Source of the DNA: an uncultured Omnitrophica bacterium
Lineage (GTDB): Bacteria; Omnitrophota; Gorgyraeia; JACQQV01
Assembly: GCA_947085655.1 (NCBI GenBank)
Contig: CAMTXH010000009.1
Coordinates: 3,738 to 67,737, forward strand
Reading direction: 5' to 3'
Length of the DNA: 64,000 nucleotides
The notes under the pieces are model-generated. The model worked only from the letters and a program-made list of their open reading frames with translations, was not told the DNA's origin and did not search any database. Positions within the stretch are counted from its first letter, which is position 1, and every line of letters starts with the position of its first letter. Positions 54,599-63,238 of the stretch are shown piece after piece. Made by a program: the position numbers and the translations under genes.

Positions 54599-55713
54599 TT
54601 CCCCTCTACTTTGCCGCTTTTTTTCAAAACACCGGCATGACGGTGGTTCTGGTGGGGGTGATTTTCTATGTCACTCACCGCTTCCATGCGAGCTACTTTG
54701 AGCTCGGGGCTCTGGCCGGGATCGGGGCGTTTGTCTTTTTTGCCGGAGCCGCCTTAAGCCGGTACTGGAGCCGGCGGTTTTCACCGAAAAGATTGACCCT
54801 GATCGGTACGGCCCTTTTTATCCTGGTCGCCTTCAGTTATCCCTTCCTTCCGAATCTTTTTTCCTTTTTTTGGGTCTATCCGCTCGGAAGTGTGGGGCTT
54901 TCCCTTTTTTGGCCTTCTCTGGAAAACTGGATTTCGCTCGGGAGCACCCCGTTCGATTTAAAACGACACGTGGGAAACTTTAATCTCTCCTGGAGTCCCG
55001 GGCAGATTCTGGCTCCTTTTCTGGCGGGGGTCCTTTTTGAATGGAATCCCTTTTTTCCCTTCTGGTTCGGGGTCCTTTTTTTCATCCCGGTTTTTTTCTT
55101 TTTGAGTGTTTCCGCCGTTTCATTGCCTCAAGACAGGAAAGAGGCAACGACCTCTCCCTCGAGAGTGCCGCCGAGCTCTTTTTTGATTGTCTGCTGGCTC
55201 TCCAATTTCACTGGATGGTTTATCTCCGCCATCTTCAGAAGTTTTTTTCCAAAATATGGGAGTACGCTCGGCCTGACCCCCACTCATATCGGCAGTCTCC
55301 TTTTGATGATCGGGGTAGGGCAGGTTCTTTTTTTCTATCTCCTCAGCCGTCTCGAGGGATGGGAGGAGTCAAGCCGGTTTCTTTTCTTCTGGGAGGGGGT
55401 GGCAATCCTTTCGCTCTTGTCGATTGCGTGGATTCGTCTCCCTCTTTTGTGGGTTTTCTCTTTTTTCCTCTTCGGCTGCTTTTCAGGAGTGGCTTATGCG
55501 GCGAGTCTTTTGGTCAGTCTAAAGGAAAGAGGGCTCCAAGGCGGGGGGACGAGTTCTCATGAAGCGCTGGTCGGACTCGGGATCTGTCTCGGGCCGATCC
55601 TCGGAGGAATTTCCGGGGAGTTTTTCGGCATCCAGGCCCCCTATGTCACCGGAGCGGCTATTTTGACGCTGGTGACGTACTTCCAGGGACGACTGCTTCG
55701 ACGGGTCGTATGA
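54595..55713 (+). CDS. MFS-type transporter
   Basis: 372 aa, 10-12 TM helices in two repeated halves. Confidence 0.6.
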   Translation: MIPLYFAAFFQNTGMTVVLVGVIFYVTHRFHASYFELGALAGIGAFVFFAGAALSRYWSRRFSPKRLTLIGTALFILVAFSYPFLPNLFSFFWVYPLGSVGLSLFWPSLENWISLGSTPFDLKRHVGNFNLSWSPGQILAPFLAGVLFEWNPFFPFWFGVLFFIPVFFFLSVSAVSLPQDRKEATTSPSRVPPSSFLIVCWLSNFTGWFISAIFRSFFPKYGSTLGLTPTHIGSLLLMIGVGQVLFFYLLSRLEGWEESSRFLFFWEGVAILSLLSIAWIRLPLLWVFSFFLFGCFSGVAYAASLLVSLKERGLQGGGTSSHEALVGLGICLGPILGGISGEFFGIQAPYVTGAAILTLVTYFQGRLLRRVV

Positions 55714-55716
55714 AAG

Positions 55717-56619
55717 ATGAGATCTTCGGGAAAACCGGCCCTTTGGGTTATCCTCGGCCCGACTTCAAGCGGGAAGAGCGCATTTGCCATCCGGCTTGCC
55801 AGGCGGATTGGGGGAGAGATTATCTCTTTTGACGCGATGCAGGTGTATCAAGGCCTTCCCCGTTTGACCCACCAGCCGACCTGCAAGGCCCGAGAGGGCA
55901 TCCCTCACCACCTGATGGGGTTCCTTCCGGCCAGCCGCTCCTTTACCGCTGCCCAGTTTTCGAAGGAGGCAAAATCGGTCATTCAGACAATTTTGCAAAG
56001 GAAAAAAATACCGATTCTGGTCGGGGGGAGCGGATTCTATCTGAAAGCGCTTCTGGAGGGGTATCATGCGCCGGTCAAGGGGAACCTTTCCCTGCGCAAC
56101 AAATACCGGTCACTCCTTTCGCAGAAGGGAAGCGGCCATCTTTACGAGAGATTACGGATGATTGATCCGCAAAGGGCGAAAGCGATTCATCCGAATGATG
56201 CCTACCGGATCATCCGGGCTTTGGAGATTTTTGAACTGACCGGCATCAAACCCTCCGCCTTTAGCGGGGGAGGGGGTCTTTCACAGGCATTTCGCGTCAA
56301 GAAAATCGGGCTTCGGTTGCCGCGGGAACGCCTGATTGAGAAAATCAATCGTCGGGTTGAATCGATGATCCGGCAGGGGGCGATCGCAGAAGTCCGGCGG
56401 ATTCAGGGAAGAAGAATCAGTCCAACTGCAAGGAGAATCATCGGACTTGGGGAACTTTCCAATTATGTGAAGGGGAAACGGACCCTTGAAGAGGCCCTTC
56501 TTGAAGTAAAGAAAGCGACGCGCCGGTATGCGAAACGGCAGGAGACATGGTTTCGGAAGGAGAAAAAAGTTCGCTGGCTAGGACCGGATGCCGCCCGCCG
56601 ATTCTTCCGGTTAACATAA
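55717..56619 (+). CDS. miaA: tRNA dimethylallyltransferase MiaA
   Basis: P-loop GPTSSGKS, DAMQVY, VGGSGFY, C-terminal RQETWFR: canonical MiaA. Confidence 0.85.
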   Translation: MRSSGKPALWVILGPTSSGKSAFAIRLARRIGGEIISFDAMQVYQGLPRLTHQPTCKAREGIPHHLMGFLPASRSFTAAQFSKEAKSVIQTILQRKKIPILVGGSGFYLKALLEGYHAPVKGNLSLRNKYRSLLSQKGSGHLYERLRMIDPQRAKAIHPNDAYRIIRALEIFELTGIKPSAFSGGGGLSQAFRVKKIGLRLPRERLIEKINRRVESMIRQGAIAEVRRIQGRRISPTARRIIGLGELSNYVKGKRTLEEALLEVKKATRRYAKRQETWFRKEKKVRWLGPDAARRFFRLT

Positions 56620-58267
56620 AGAAAGGGTGAAGAAGGCGAAAGAGCCAGACGCCCCTTTTTCGGTTGAGGCGATATCGGAAAAGGAGCCATTCGCGACTCG
56701 GGAAGAGGATTTTCCAGAGGACGCGGAGATGATCCAGGGGATGGTCCAGTGGGGGCCAAGCCCGAAACATGAAAGAGGGCCGTTTGAGCGGGAGGGACGG
56801 GAGGGGAGTGTGGAAACGCGCTTCCGTTTCCCGGAGGATCTCACAGACGACCCGCAACACACCCCACGATCTGGCGGTCCGGAAGAGGGACTCCCAGGAA
56901 AGGGTGTTTCCGAATGTGAAAATCATCCGGTCAATGTCCGCAAACCACCGGTCTCCCTCAAACCGGTGGACAAATCCCAAGTGGATGCAGAGGGCAATCA
57001 GGTGATGTTCCGGAGAAAGGGCCCGGAAGGACTTGCCGCAAATCGTGTAAAGCGAAGACGACTCCCATAACGCCTCCTCCTCGATCCGAAGAATTCCCTT
57101 CAATCGCTCGAACTGTTCCAGGGACCAGTGAAGCTCCACCGGCGGGTTACCCGGACGGAGAAAAATCCGTTCTCCCCCGAACGCCATTCTTTCCTTGCGG
57201 AATTCAGGGTAAAGCTCTTGGTAGCCGAGCTGGGCAAGAACCGAAGCGGCCGGCTCAATATCTTCCTTCCTTAAATAAAGGTCGATATCCCCCATCGGCC
57301 GAAGAGCCGGGTCAGGGTAAACCTGGTAAGCAAGAGCCATTCCCTTCAGCACAAGAAAGGGAAGCTTCTTTTCCCAAAAGGCCTCCCGGATTTCAAGCAG
57401 CGTCTGTTCAAAGAGCATCTGTCTTGCAACACGGAATTCCAAGTCAGGGAGTCTTTTTTCGTAAACGGTCGCCTTGTGGGGAGAAGCGCGGAAGCCGAAA
57501 GTCCTTAAAAGAGCGCTTCCAGCGCGGTTTGTAAAAGGGATGGAAACAGTCAATCCGACGCTTTCTTCTTCCCGGAGGAGGCGAAGGGCATGGGTGAGGA
57601 GTTTTGTGGCCACGCCGCATCCCCGGTAACGGGCCCTCACGAATAAACGGGTCATCTCCCACTCGCGGGACGCATCCTCTTTGGGATTCATTTCGAGAAA
57701 GCCCACAACCGCTTCGTCAACCCTGGCAAGGAGCCGGACTTTTCGACCCTTTTCAGCAGTTTCGATGGTGGCATCCGGACGGAGAAGAAACCGGTAGATT
57801 TTCCGGAAGGGTGCAAAAGACTGAAGAAGAATGAGAAAAGGACGGCCTTTTGCTTTGAAGCGGTCCCAGAGTTTTCTTTTCAAAAAAAGGAAACTCTTTT
57901 GCCGGAGGGTGAGTTTCGGAGGTGTTTTTTCCGGTATCCAGGACCGGCCTTTCCGTTCAATCCGGACAATTTTTCCGATGACCTGAGAGAGGGGAGTGGG
58001 AGGATCTTCTTGAAGGATGGCATCCCCTTTCGTCCGGATCCAGACCGCCCCGTCCCTTTCCTCAAGGGCGATCAGCCGGTGACAGGCGGCATCATCCTTC
58101 TGGTAAAAAGCGATTAACTCACCGCAGGAGAGTGTTTCTCCGGTTTCCGGATCGACCGTCACACGGTCTCCGCTCCGGAGGACAGGGTACATACTAAACC
58201 CTTTAATGGCGAGAGAAATCTCCTTGCCCATTGACTCCATCCTATCGCGGCCTTCCGTTTGGGGCAA
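56438..58267 (-). CDS. three-domain protein: S24/S26-like peptidase N-terminus + GNAT acetyltransferase + uncharacterised nucleotidyltransferase (NTP_transf_5-like)
   Basis: GFSMYPVLRSGDRV (S24/S26 Ser region); GNAT motif RARYRGCGVATKLL; C-terminal PMGDIDLYL nucleotidyltransferase-like; 3' end overlaps miaA by 182 bp on the opposite strand. Confidence 0.55.
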   Translation of the reverse strand: MPQTEGRDRMESMGKEISLAIKGFSMYPVLRSGDRVTVDPETGETLSCGELIAFYQKDDAACHRLIALEERDGAVWIRTKGDAILQEDPPTPLSQVIGKIVRIERKGRSWIPEKTPPKLTLRQKSFLFLKRKLWDRFKAKGRPFLILLQSFAPFRKIYRFLLRPDATIETAEKGRKVRLLARVDEAVVGFLEMNPKEDASREWEMTRLFVRARYRGCGVATKLLTHALRLLREEESVGLTVSIPFTNRAGSALLRTFGFRASPHKATVYEKRLPDLEFRVARQMLFEQTLLEIREAFWEKKLPFLVLKGMALAYQVYPDPALRPMGDIDLYLRKEDIEPAASVLAQLGYQELYPEFRKERMAFGGERIFLRPGNPPVELHWSLEQFERLKGILRIEEEALWESSSLYTICGKSFRALSPEHHLIALCIHLGFVHRFEGDRWFADIDRMIFTFGNTLSWESLFRTARSWGVLRVVCEILRETEARFHTPLPSLPLKRPSFMFRAWPPLDHPLDHLRVLWKILFPSREWLLFRYRLNRKRGVWLFRLLHPFFMLTGRIGGRHPVLASELFSPSETMSPAVSHTGASLSLLQEGPLQGSVSPSHNWKVPQVR

Positions 58268-58273
58268 GGGAAA

Positions 58274-58528
58274 TCAGTAGCGCTCGGTCCGGGACCTTTT
58301 GGATTTTTTCTCCTTGTCTGTATCCCCTTGTCGGTCTTTGACGACTTGGGTCTTTTTGTCATCCTTGAAAGCATTGGATCCCTTGAGCGCGCACGTTGTC
58401 AGCGTGACGGTCTTAGATCGTTTCAGCGCTTTTAGCTTCTTACTGGATCCTGCCCATCCCTTTTCAGGAGCGATGAGAAGACCTAGAAGGAAAAGACAAG
58501 AAAGAAAAACGGTTAAACGAGACTTCAT
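58274..58528 (-). CDS. small secreted Lys-rich protein (hypothetical)
   Basis: 84 aa; signal peptide LTVFLSCLFLLGLLIAPEKGWA; basic low-complexity mature part. Confidence 0.4.
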   Translation of the reverse strand: MKSRLTVFLSCLFLLGLLIAPEKGWAGSSKKLKALKRSKTVTLTTCALKGSNAFKDDKKTQVVKDRQGDTDKEKKSKRSRTERY

Positions 58529-58546
58529 CCCTAGACCCCCCGATGG

Positions 58547-58801
58547 TTATTGTTCCAAAACCTCAGACTGACTCCCCTCTGTGGCCGCCTCGGTCAGCTT
58601 CGGTGTTTTGAAGTGGGATGGCGGCAGCACGATGCGGGAAGCATTTTCCACTCGACCGAGCAGGCGAATCCGCTCCGCCTGCAACTCACTTTCCGGACGA
58701 GAAGAAGGGAGCATGGTGCTCCTCTCCAAAAGAGCCGACATGCCCGCAAGCATTACAATCAGTCCAAGAGTAATTAAAAACCAAAGTCCTTTTGATTTCA
58801 T
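58547..58801 (-). CDS. small single-TM protein, last gene of the prepilin-type operon
   Basis: 84 aa; TM LWFLITLGLIVMLAGMSALL; 4-nt overlap with upstream gene. Confidence 0.45.
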   Translation of the reverse strand: MKSKGLWFLITLGLIVMLAGMSALLERSTMLPSSRPESELQAERIRLLGRVENASRIVLPPSHFKTPKLTEAATEGSQSEVLEQ

Positions 58802-60570
58802 CTTGTCGTCGCTACTGGTCCAATGGGTTCTAATCTTGAATCATTTTCAAGGATTTGGTCCAGATTGCTCCCTTTGATTTGATCCCATGCCGGGAGGTTA
58901 TTGACGCCGTTATTGGTCGACGTGAATGATGTAATCGTCGGGAAGTAAGGAGGAGACTGTCCTTCGAGCATCCGCCTGTCATGAATGAAATTCCTTCCGT
59001 AGCCGCTCACCTGGCCGTCCGAATTAAAAGTACCGAAGGCCCCGTACCGCTGCGTAATCACACCGCCCAAGATATTGGCGGTTCCCCGGGGGCTCCCCCT
59101 GTTATAATCGTCCACGGTGAAGACCCCTTCCGGCGCCATCACCGTTGCGTGGACATGAATATCATCCGGCGCCTCTCTCCGGATCCGGACATTCCCCCGC
59201 CAGGAGAGCATCCCGAGGATATTGTTCGCCCCTGCCGCATTCAACCGGGGGGTTGTGGAATAATTTTCGTAGCGCACATGATCGCGGATCTGGAGGTCGT
59301 TGGTGCTCGCAACCGTGACCTGGGTTCTGTCCGCTACGGTTCCTTGTAAATTCTGGATTTCTCCGTCCACATACAGAATGCCTCTCGGCGTGCCGGTATA
59401 AGTCGTGGCGCTGTTCCCATTGTCAACCTGGGTGGTATCGGTATCGCGGTTCACCGTGATTTCGGTGGTCCTCGTTCCCTGTCGGATACTGTATCTTTGA
59501 TGGCCGCCCACCACCGAAAGCGAAATATTTCTTGCATCTCCCTGGACGTAAATCCCTCCCTTCAGGACGCCGTCCTGCTGGGGAAGGTAGACACCGCTTG
59601 TAAGAGCAGGGATGACTGCCAGATCCGAAAGGCCCAGGGCGGCACGCTGCTGGGTTTGCTGGTCCACGGTGCTCGGAAGGGGAATCTCGGCCGATCCGCG
59701 GGAGAAACCGGCGTTAAAGGTCGGGACGTCCAAATCGGCGTTTCTGTCGGCATCCAGGTAAGCGTAGGAGCCGCCGCGGTTATAGAAGCGGGCCGTCTGT
59801 TCTAGTTGACTGACCTTGTCTGTAAAGGAGCCGCTGGGGTTATTCGCAAAACTGAACCGGTCGTTGGAATGGACCGGTCCGTAAAAGTTGGTCCGGTTGG
59901 TAAACCAGACGATGGAGCCGCTCGGGGCAAGGTGAGTGTCCGTAAAGAGGGCGTACCGGGCAAAGTTATCCCGCCGGACAACAATGTTGAAGGTCCCTGA
60001 CGCCTGGACGTACTGGTCCGTATCGCTCAGATTGGCATTCCCCGCCGAGGAGATTTGAAAACGGTAGGGAAACGTCATGACCTCTGGCGGATCTTCAGCC
60101 GGAACTCCATTTGAGAAAATCTCAATCAATGCGGTGTAGCTTCCAGTTCCTGCATCCGGCCGCTGGATGACAAGCGTAGCCCGCTCCTCGCCGAGGGTCT
60201 CAACAGTGAAGCGGGTATCCGCATTCCCCTGATAGGCGAAGTCGCGCATCAATTCCAACGACCCCCTTGGAGTGAGATAGGCGCGGAGGGTGTTGATATT
60301 GACGACCGCCTGTAAATTGTCACTGATATTTCCGATGGTCCTTTCGCGCAGCTCCGCAAGCGCCGTATTTTTTCCGCCTTCGGCCAGATAAAAGGCCTGG
60401 TTTCTGGCAAGGTCAATCTCGGCAAGCTTTCTTTCGGTCAGGATACGGGTAAAGAGGGCCTGACCGGCGGTGAAAAGGATCGCAAAGGTCATGAAGGAAA
60501 GAATCAGAACCGATCCCCGCTCCCTTTTGCGTGGTTTTCGTTTTTGAAAGTGACTCATTTTCGATTTCAT
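58798..60570 (-). CDS. large PilX-N-like minor pilin / pilus-associated protein (590 aa)
   Basis: Basic N-terminus then hydrophobic helix GSVLILSFMTFAILFTAGQALF (PilX_N-like); long Gly/Asn/Thr-rich beta-type extracellular region. Confidence 0.5.
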   Translation of the reverse strand: MKSKMSHFQKRKPRKRERGSVLILSFMTFAILFTAGQALFTRILTERKLAEIDLARNQAFYLAEGGKNTALAELRERTIGNISDNLQAVVNINTLRAYLTPRGSLELMRDFAYQGNADTRFTVETLGEERATLVIQRPDAGTGSYTALIEIFSNGVPAEDPPEVMTFPYRFQISSAGNANLSDTDQYVQASGTFNIVVRRDNFARYALFTDTHLAPSGSIVWFTNRTNFYGPVHSNDRFSFANNPSGSFTDKVSQLEQTARFYNRGGSYAYLDADRNADLDVPTFNAGFSRGSAEIPLPSTVDQQTQQRAALGLSDLAVIPALTSGVYLPQQDGVLKGGIYVQGDARNISLSVVGGHQRYSIRQGTRTTEITVNRDTDTTQVDNGNSATTYTGTPRGILYVDGEIQNLQGTVADRTQVTVASTNDLQIRDHVRYENYSTTPRLNAAGANNILGMLSWRGNVRIRREAPDDIHVHATVMAPEGVFTVDDYNRGSPRGTANILGGVITQRYGAFGTFNSDGQVSGYGRNFIHDRRMLEGQSPPYFPTITSFTSTNNGVNNLPAWDQIKGSNLDQILENDSRLEPIGPVATTR

Positions 60571-61112
60571 CAGTTTCTCACCGTAATATTGGTCTGTAGC
60601 ACGTTCTGCGCCTGCCGCGTCGAAAGAGACGTTTTTCGGGCCGTAATGGAGACGGTAATCACATTCGCATTCGAAGGAAGCGTTCCAAAAACGATGCTGT
60701 TGATGTCATTGGCGATGATCCGGGTTTCACCCGTCGTGATATTCAACCGGGTGAGCTGCCCGTTTTCGTTCACACGATAGACGATCCGGTCTCCCCACGT
60801 GATATTGTTTCCGACGATGTTCTGCGGAATTTGAAACCGGATCTCCGTTCCTTCGTTCAGAATCTCGATGGGATCGGGCGGTCCCCCGTCCGCAGGATCT
60901 CTCCAACTGGACCGGCTGACATCATAAGCGATTTGGTTCAACGCCTTCCTGGCATCTTGAAGAGTGGCGATGTTTGCCTCGGTATCCTGCCAGACACTCC
61001 GACCCAACGACAGAAGTCCCATGACCGATCCAATCAAAAGGAGCCCTAGGGTCGAAGTCACCAACATCTCAACCAGTGTCATTCCTCTGATCCGTTTCAG
61101 TCTTCCTCTCAT
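60570..61112 (-). CDS. prepilin-type (type IV pilin / T2SS pseudopilin-like) protein
   Basis: Class-III signal MRGRLKRIRG|MTLVEMLV (Gly-1, Glu+5); ATGA overlap with upstream gene; SD GGAGAG; ORF-track start 61247 rejected. Confidence 0.65.
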   Translation of the reverse strand: MRGRLKRIRGMTLVEMLVTSTLGLLLIGSVMGLLSLGRSVWQDTEANIATLQDARKALNQIAYDVSRSSWRDPADGGPPDPIEILNEGTEIRFQIPQNIVGNNITWGDRIVYRVNENGQLTRLNITTGETRIIANDINSIVFGTLPSNANVITVSITARKTSLSTRQAQNVLQTNITVRN

Positions 61113-61690
61113 GAACTCTCCTGCGTCAAATAGGTGACAATTTGAACGGCGCCCGTTAGAAGATTGTCCCCATCCAAATCCTCTCCGGTATCGAGGACGC
61201 CGTCTCGGTCCGCATCTTCCCCGAAAAGCCGTCCCCTCTCCAGCCATGAGACATCGATCCGGACACCCACCGCCGCGGCATTCGAAGTGTCAAATGTAAT
61301 CACACCCATTCCGGTCAGCCCGGTGGGGGTGAAGGTGTTTCCCTGAACGCCTCCCGCTCCATAATCAAGGGTTAGGGTTGCATAGTTACTCTCCCGCATC
61401 TCTTCCAGTTTGGCCTGGGCGCTCTGGAGCGCCAGAGTATGCCCAAGACTGTACTGGCTCAAGACAAGGGAGTTGTGATAGACCAAAAGGGCTCCCAAGA
61501 TGGAGATCAACAGGATCCCCGATGCGATGACAAATTCAAGAAGGGTAAAACCGCGCTCTCCCTTTCTGGTTAGATCCTTTTTTGGACCCATAAATTTGAC
61601 CCAATAAAAAAACTGTTTTACCAGACTGCCTGGTAAAACAGTTTTTCTGATTTCGGCGGTCTGGCGACCCTGTCTTTTACCAGGGTCCAT
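61109..61690 (-). CDS. prepilin-type protein (pilin/pseudopilin-like), first gene of operon; start ambiguous (61690 with SD, or 61591)
   Basis: Class-III motif KGERG|FTLLEFVIASGILL. ATG 61690 has SD (GGGGA) but gives a 47-aa leader; ATG 61591 gives a 14-aa leader but no SD and sits 15 nt after a terminator-like hairpin. Confidence 0.55.
   Translation of the reverse strand: MDPGKRQGRQTAEIRKTVLPGSLVKQFFYWVKFMGPKKDLTRKGERGFTLLEFVIASGILLISILGALLVYHNSLVLSQYSLGHTLALQSAQAKLEEMRESNYATLTLDYGAGGVQGNTFTPTGLTGMGVITFDTSNAAAVGVRIDVSWLERGRLFGEDADRDGVLDTGEDLDGDNLLTGAVQIVTYLTQESS
61608..61646 (-). promoter_or_regulatory. terminator-like 17-bp hairpin + U-tract in the leader / 5' coding region of the pilin operon (putative attenuator)
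   Basis: On minus-strand RNA: AAAACUGUUUUACCAG gcagu CUGGUAAAACAGUUUU then UUAUU; upstream CCUGGUAAAAGACAGG (61666-61687) can pair with the 5' arm. Confidence 0.5.
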
Positions 61691-61903
61691 GACTTTGCGT
61701 CCCCGGATTACTCCGGGTTTGCCCCCCTCGAAAACTCTTCGAAGGGCCCTATTTAGGGTTTATCGAATCCACACTTAAAGTATACCATAGAAAGGGGAGA
61801 CCTGTCTGAATTCTTTAATTTATAATTAGTTGAAAATAAAAGAGTTATGAAAAATATCATTTTTTCCCTGACCCACCGGGAAATCGGTTAAAATAGAAGG
61901 GAC

Positions 61904-63154
61904 ATGGAGAAAGCCCTTCTCGTCACCTGTAAGATCGGCAAAGGGGGTTGGGAACTCGAGGATACGGCCCAGGAACTCCGGTCCCTGGCCACCTCCACCG
62001 ACGCCCTGGTTTCCGATGAGGTCCTCTGTACCCGCCCCGTACCGACACCCGATTTTTTTATCGGGAAGGGGAAGGTGGAGGAGATTGCAAACCAGTGCCG
62101 GGAAAAAGGGGCGGAGGTGGTGATTTTCGGAAACGATTTAACCGCGACCCAACAGCGGAATCTGGAAGAGCAGTTATCGCGAAAGGTCATCGATCGGACC
62201 CAGTTGATTCTTGATATTTTTGCGAAGCGTGCCAAGTCAACCGAAGGGAAGGTTCAGGTAGAACTGGCCCAACTCCTCTATCTTCTCCCGCGCCTTTCAG
62301 GGAAAGGAACACTCCTTTCCCGGCTCGGAGGCGGAATCGGGACCCGAGGTCCCGGGGAACAAAAACTCGAAGTGGACCGGCGACGGATTCGTCAGCGGAT
62401 CGCGAGACTCAGGGAAGAGCTGGAATCACTCCGGTACCGGCGCACCACCGTCCGGAAAAAACGGTTGGACCTTCCGGTTTCCACCATCGCGATTATCGGC
62501 TACACCAACGTCGGGAAAAGCTCCCTATTTAACCGGCTGACCCAATCCCATGAAATTTCGGAGGAACGTCTTTTCAGCACCCTGGATCCGGTAGCCCGGA
62601 AATGTGTCCTCGCGAATCACCAGCGGGTCATTTTTCTCGATACGGTCGGTTTTCTGCACGATCTGCCGCACCATCTGATTGAAAGTTTTCAGGCGACCCT
62701 GGAGGAGGTGACCGAAGCGGAGATTTTACTTCATCTGTTGGATGTCACTCACCCCCGAGTGAAGGAGCAGGCGGAGGCGGTCTATCAGGTCTTGCATGAC
62801 TTGGGTGTCCGGGATAAACCGGTTCTCACCTGTTTGAATAAAATCGACGGCAGGGTGGCCCCCTATCGGCTGAAACGTCTTCAGAGGGATTATCCCGATA
62901 GCATCCCCCTTTCCGCCCGGACAGGCGAGGGGGTGGAGCTCCTCTTGGAGCGGATTATGAAAACGCTTCAGGGGCATTTGACAAAAATCCTTGTTTTTCT
63001 TCCCCATGACAAAATGGGATATTTGGAACTTATTTATTCACAAGGGATTGTGACGAAGAGAGAAGACAGGGCGGAGGGGGTCTATCTCGAGGCAGAGATT
63101 CCGACCAAGATCCGGGATATGCTTAAGGAAGTCAAGGTGACGATTTCTACTTGA
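61904..63154 (+). CDS. hflX: GTPase HflX
   Basis: HflX N-terminal domain; G1 GYTNVGKSSLFN, G3 DTVGF, G4 NKID. Confidence 0.85.
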   Translation: MEKALLVTCKIGKGGWELEDTAQELRSLATSTDALVSDEVLCTRPVPTPDFFIGKGKVEEIANQCREKGAEVVIFGNDLTATQQRNLEEQLSRKVIDRTQLILDIFAKRAKSTEGKVQVELAQLLYLLPRLSGKGTLLSRLGGGIGTRGPGEQKLEVDRRRIRQRIARLREELESLRYRRTTVRKKRLDLPVSTIAIIGYTNVGKSSLFNRLTQSHEISEERLFSTLDPVARKCVLANHQRVIFLDTVGFLHDLPHHLIESFQATLEEVTEAEILLHLLDVTHPRVKEQAEAVYQVLHDLGVRDKPVLTCLNKIDGRVAPYRLKRLQRDYPDSIPLSARTGEGVELLLERIMKTLQGHLTKILVFLPHDKMGYLELIYSQGIVTKREDRAEGVYLEAEIPTKIRDMLKEVKVTIST

Positions 63155-63185
63155 CAAAGGAGCACTTCCCCGTTACACTTAAGTT

Positions 63186-63212
63186 TTAGCACTCTATTCA
63201 TACGAGTGCTAA
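63186..63212 (+). promoter_or_regulatory. CIRCE operator (HrcA binding site)
   Basis: TTAGCACTC-tattcatac-GAGTGCTAA: perfect 9-N9-9 inverted repeat matching the CIRCE consensus, directly upstream of hrcA. Confidence 0.85.
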
Positions 63213-63238
63213 AAATGAAGGAGTTGTTGGAGGAAGAA

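Noticed and set aside
61113-61247. Long N-terminal extension (45 aa) of the second prepilin ORF
   Set aside because: Would overlap the upstream pilin gene by 140 nt; ATG 61112 gives a canonical 10-aa class-III leader, an SD and an ATGA junction.
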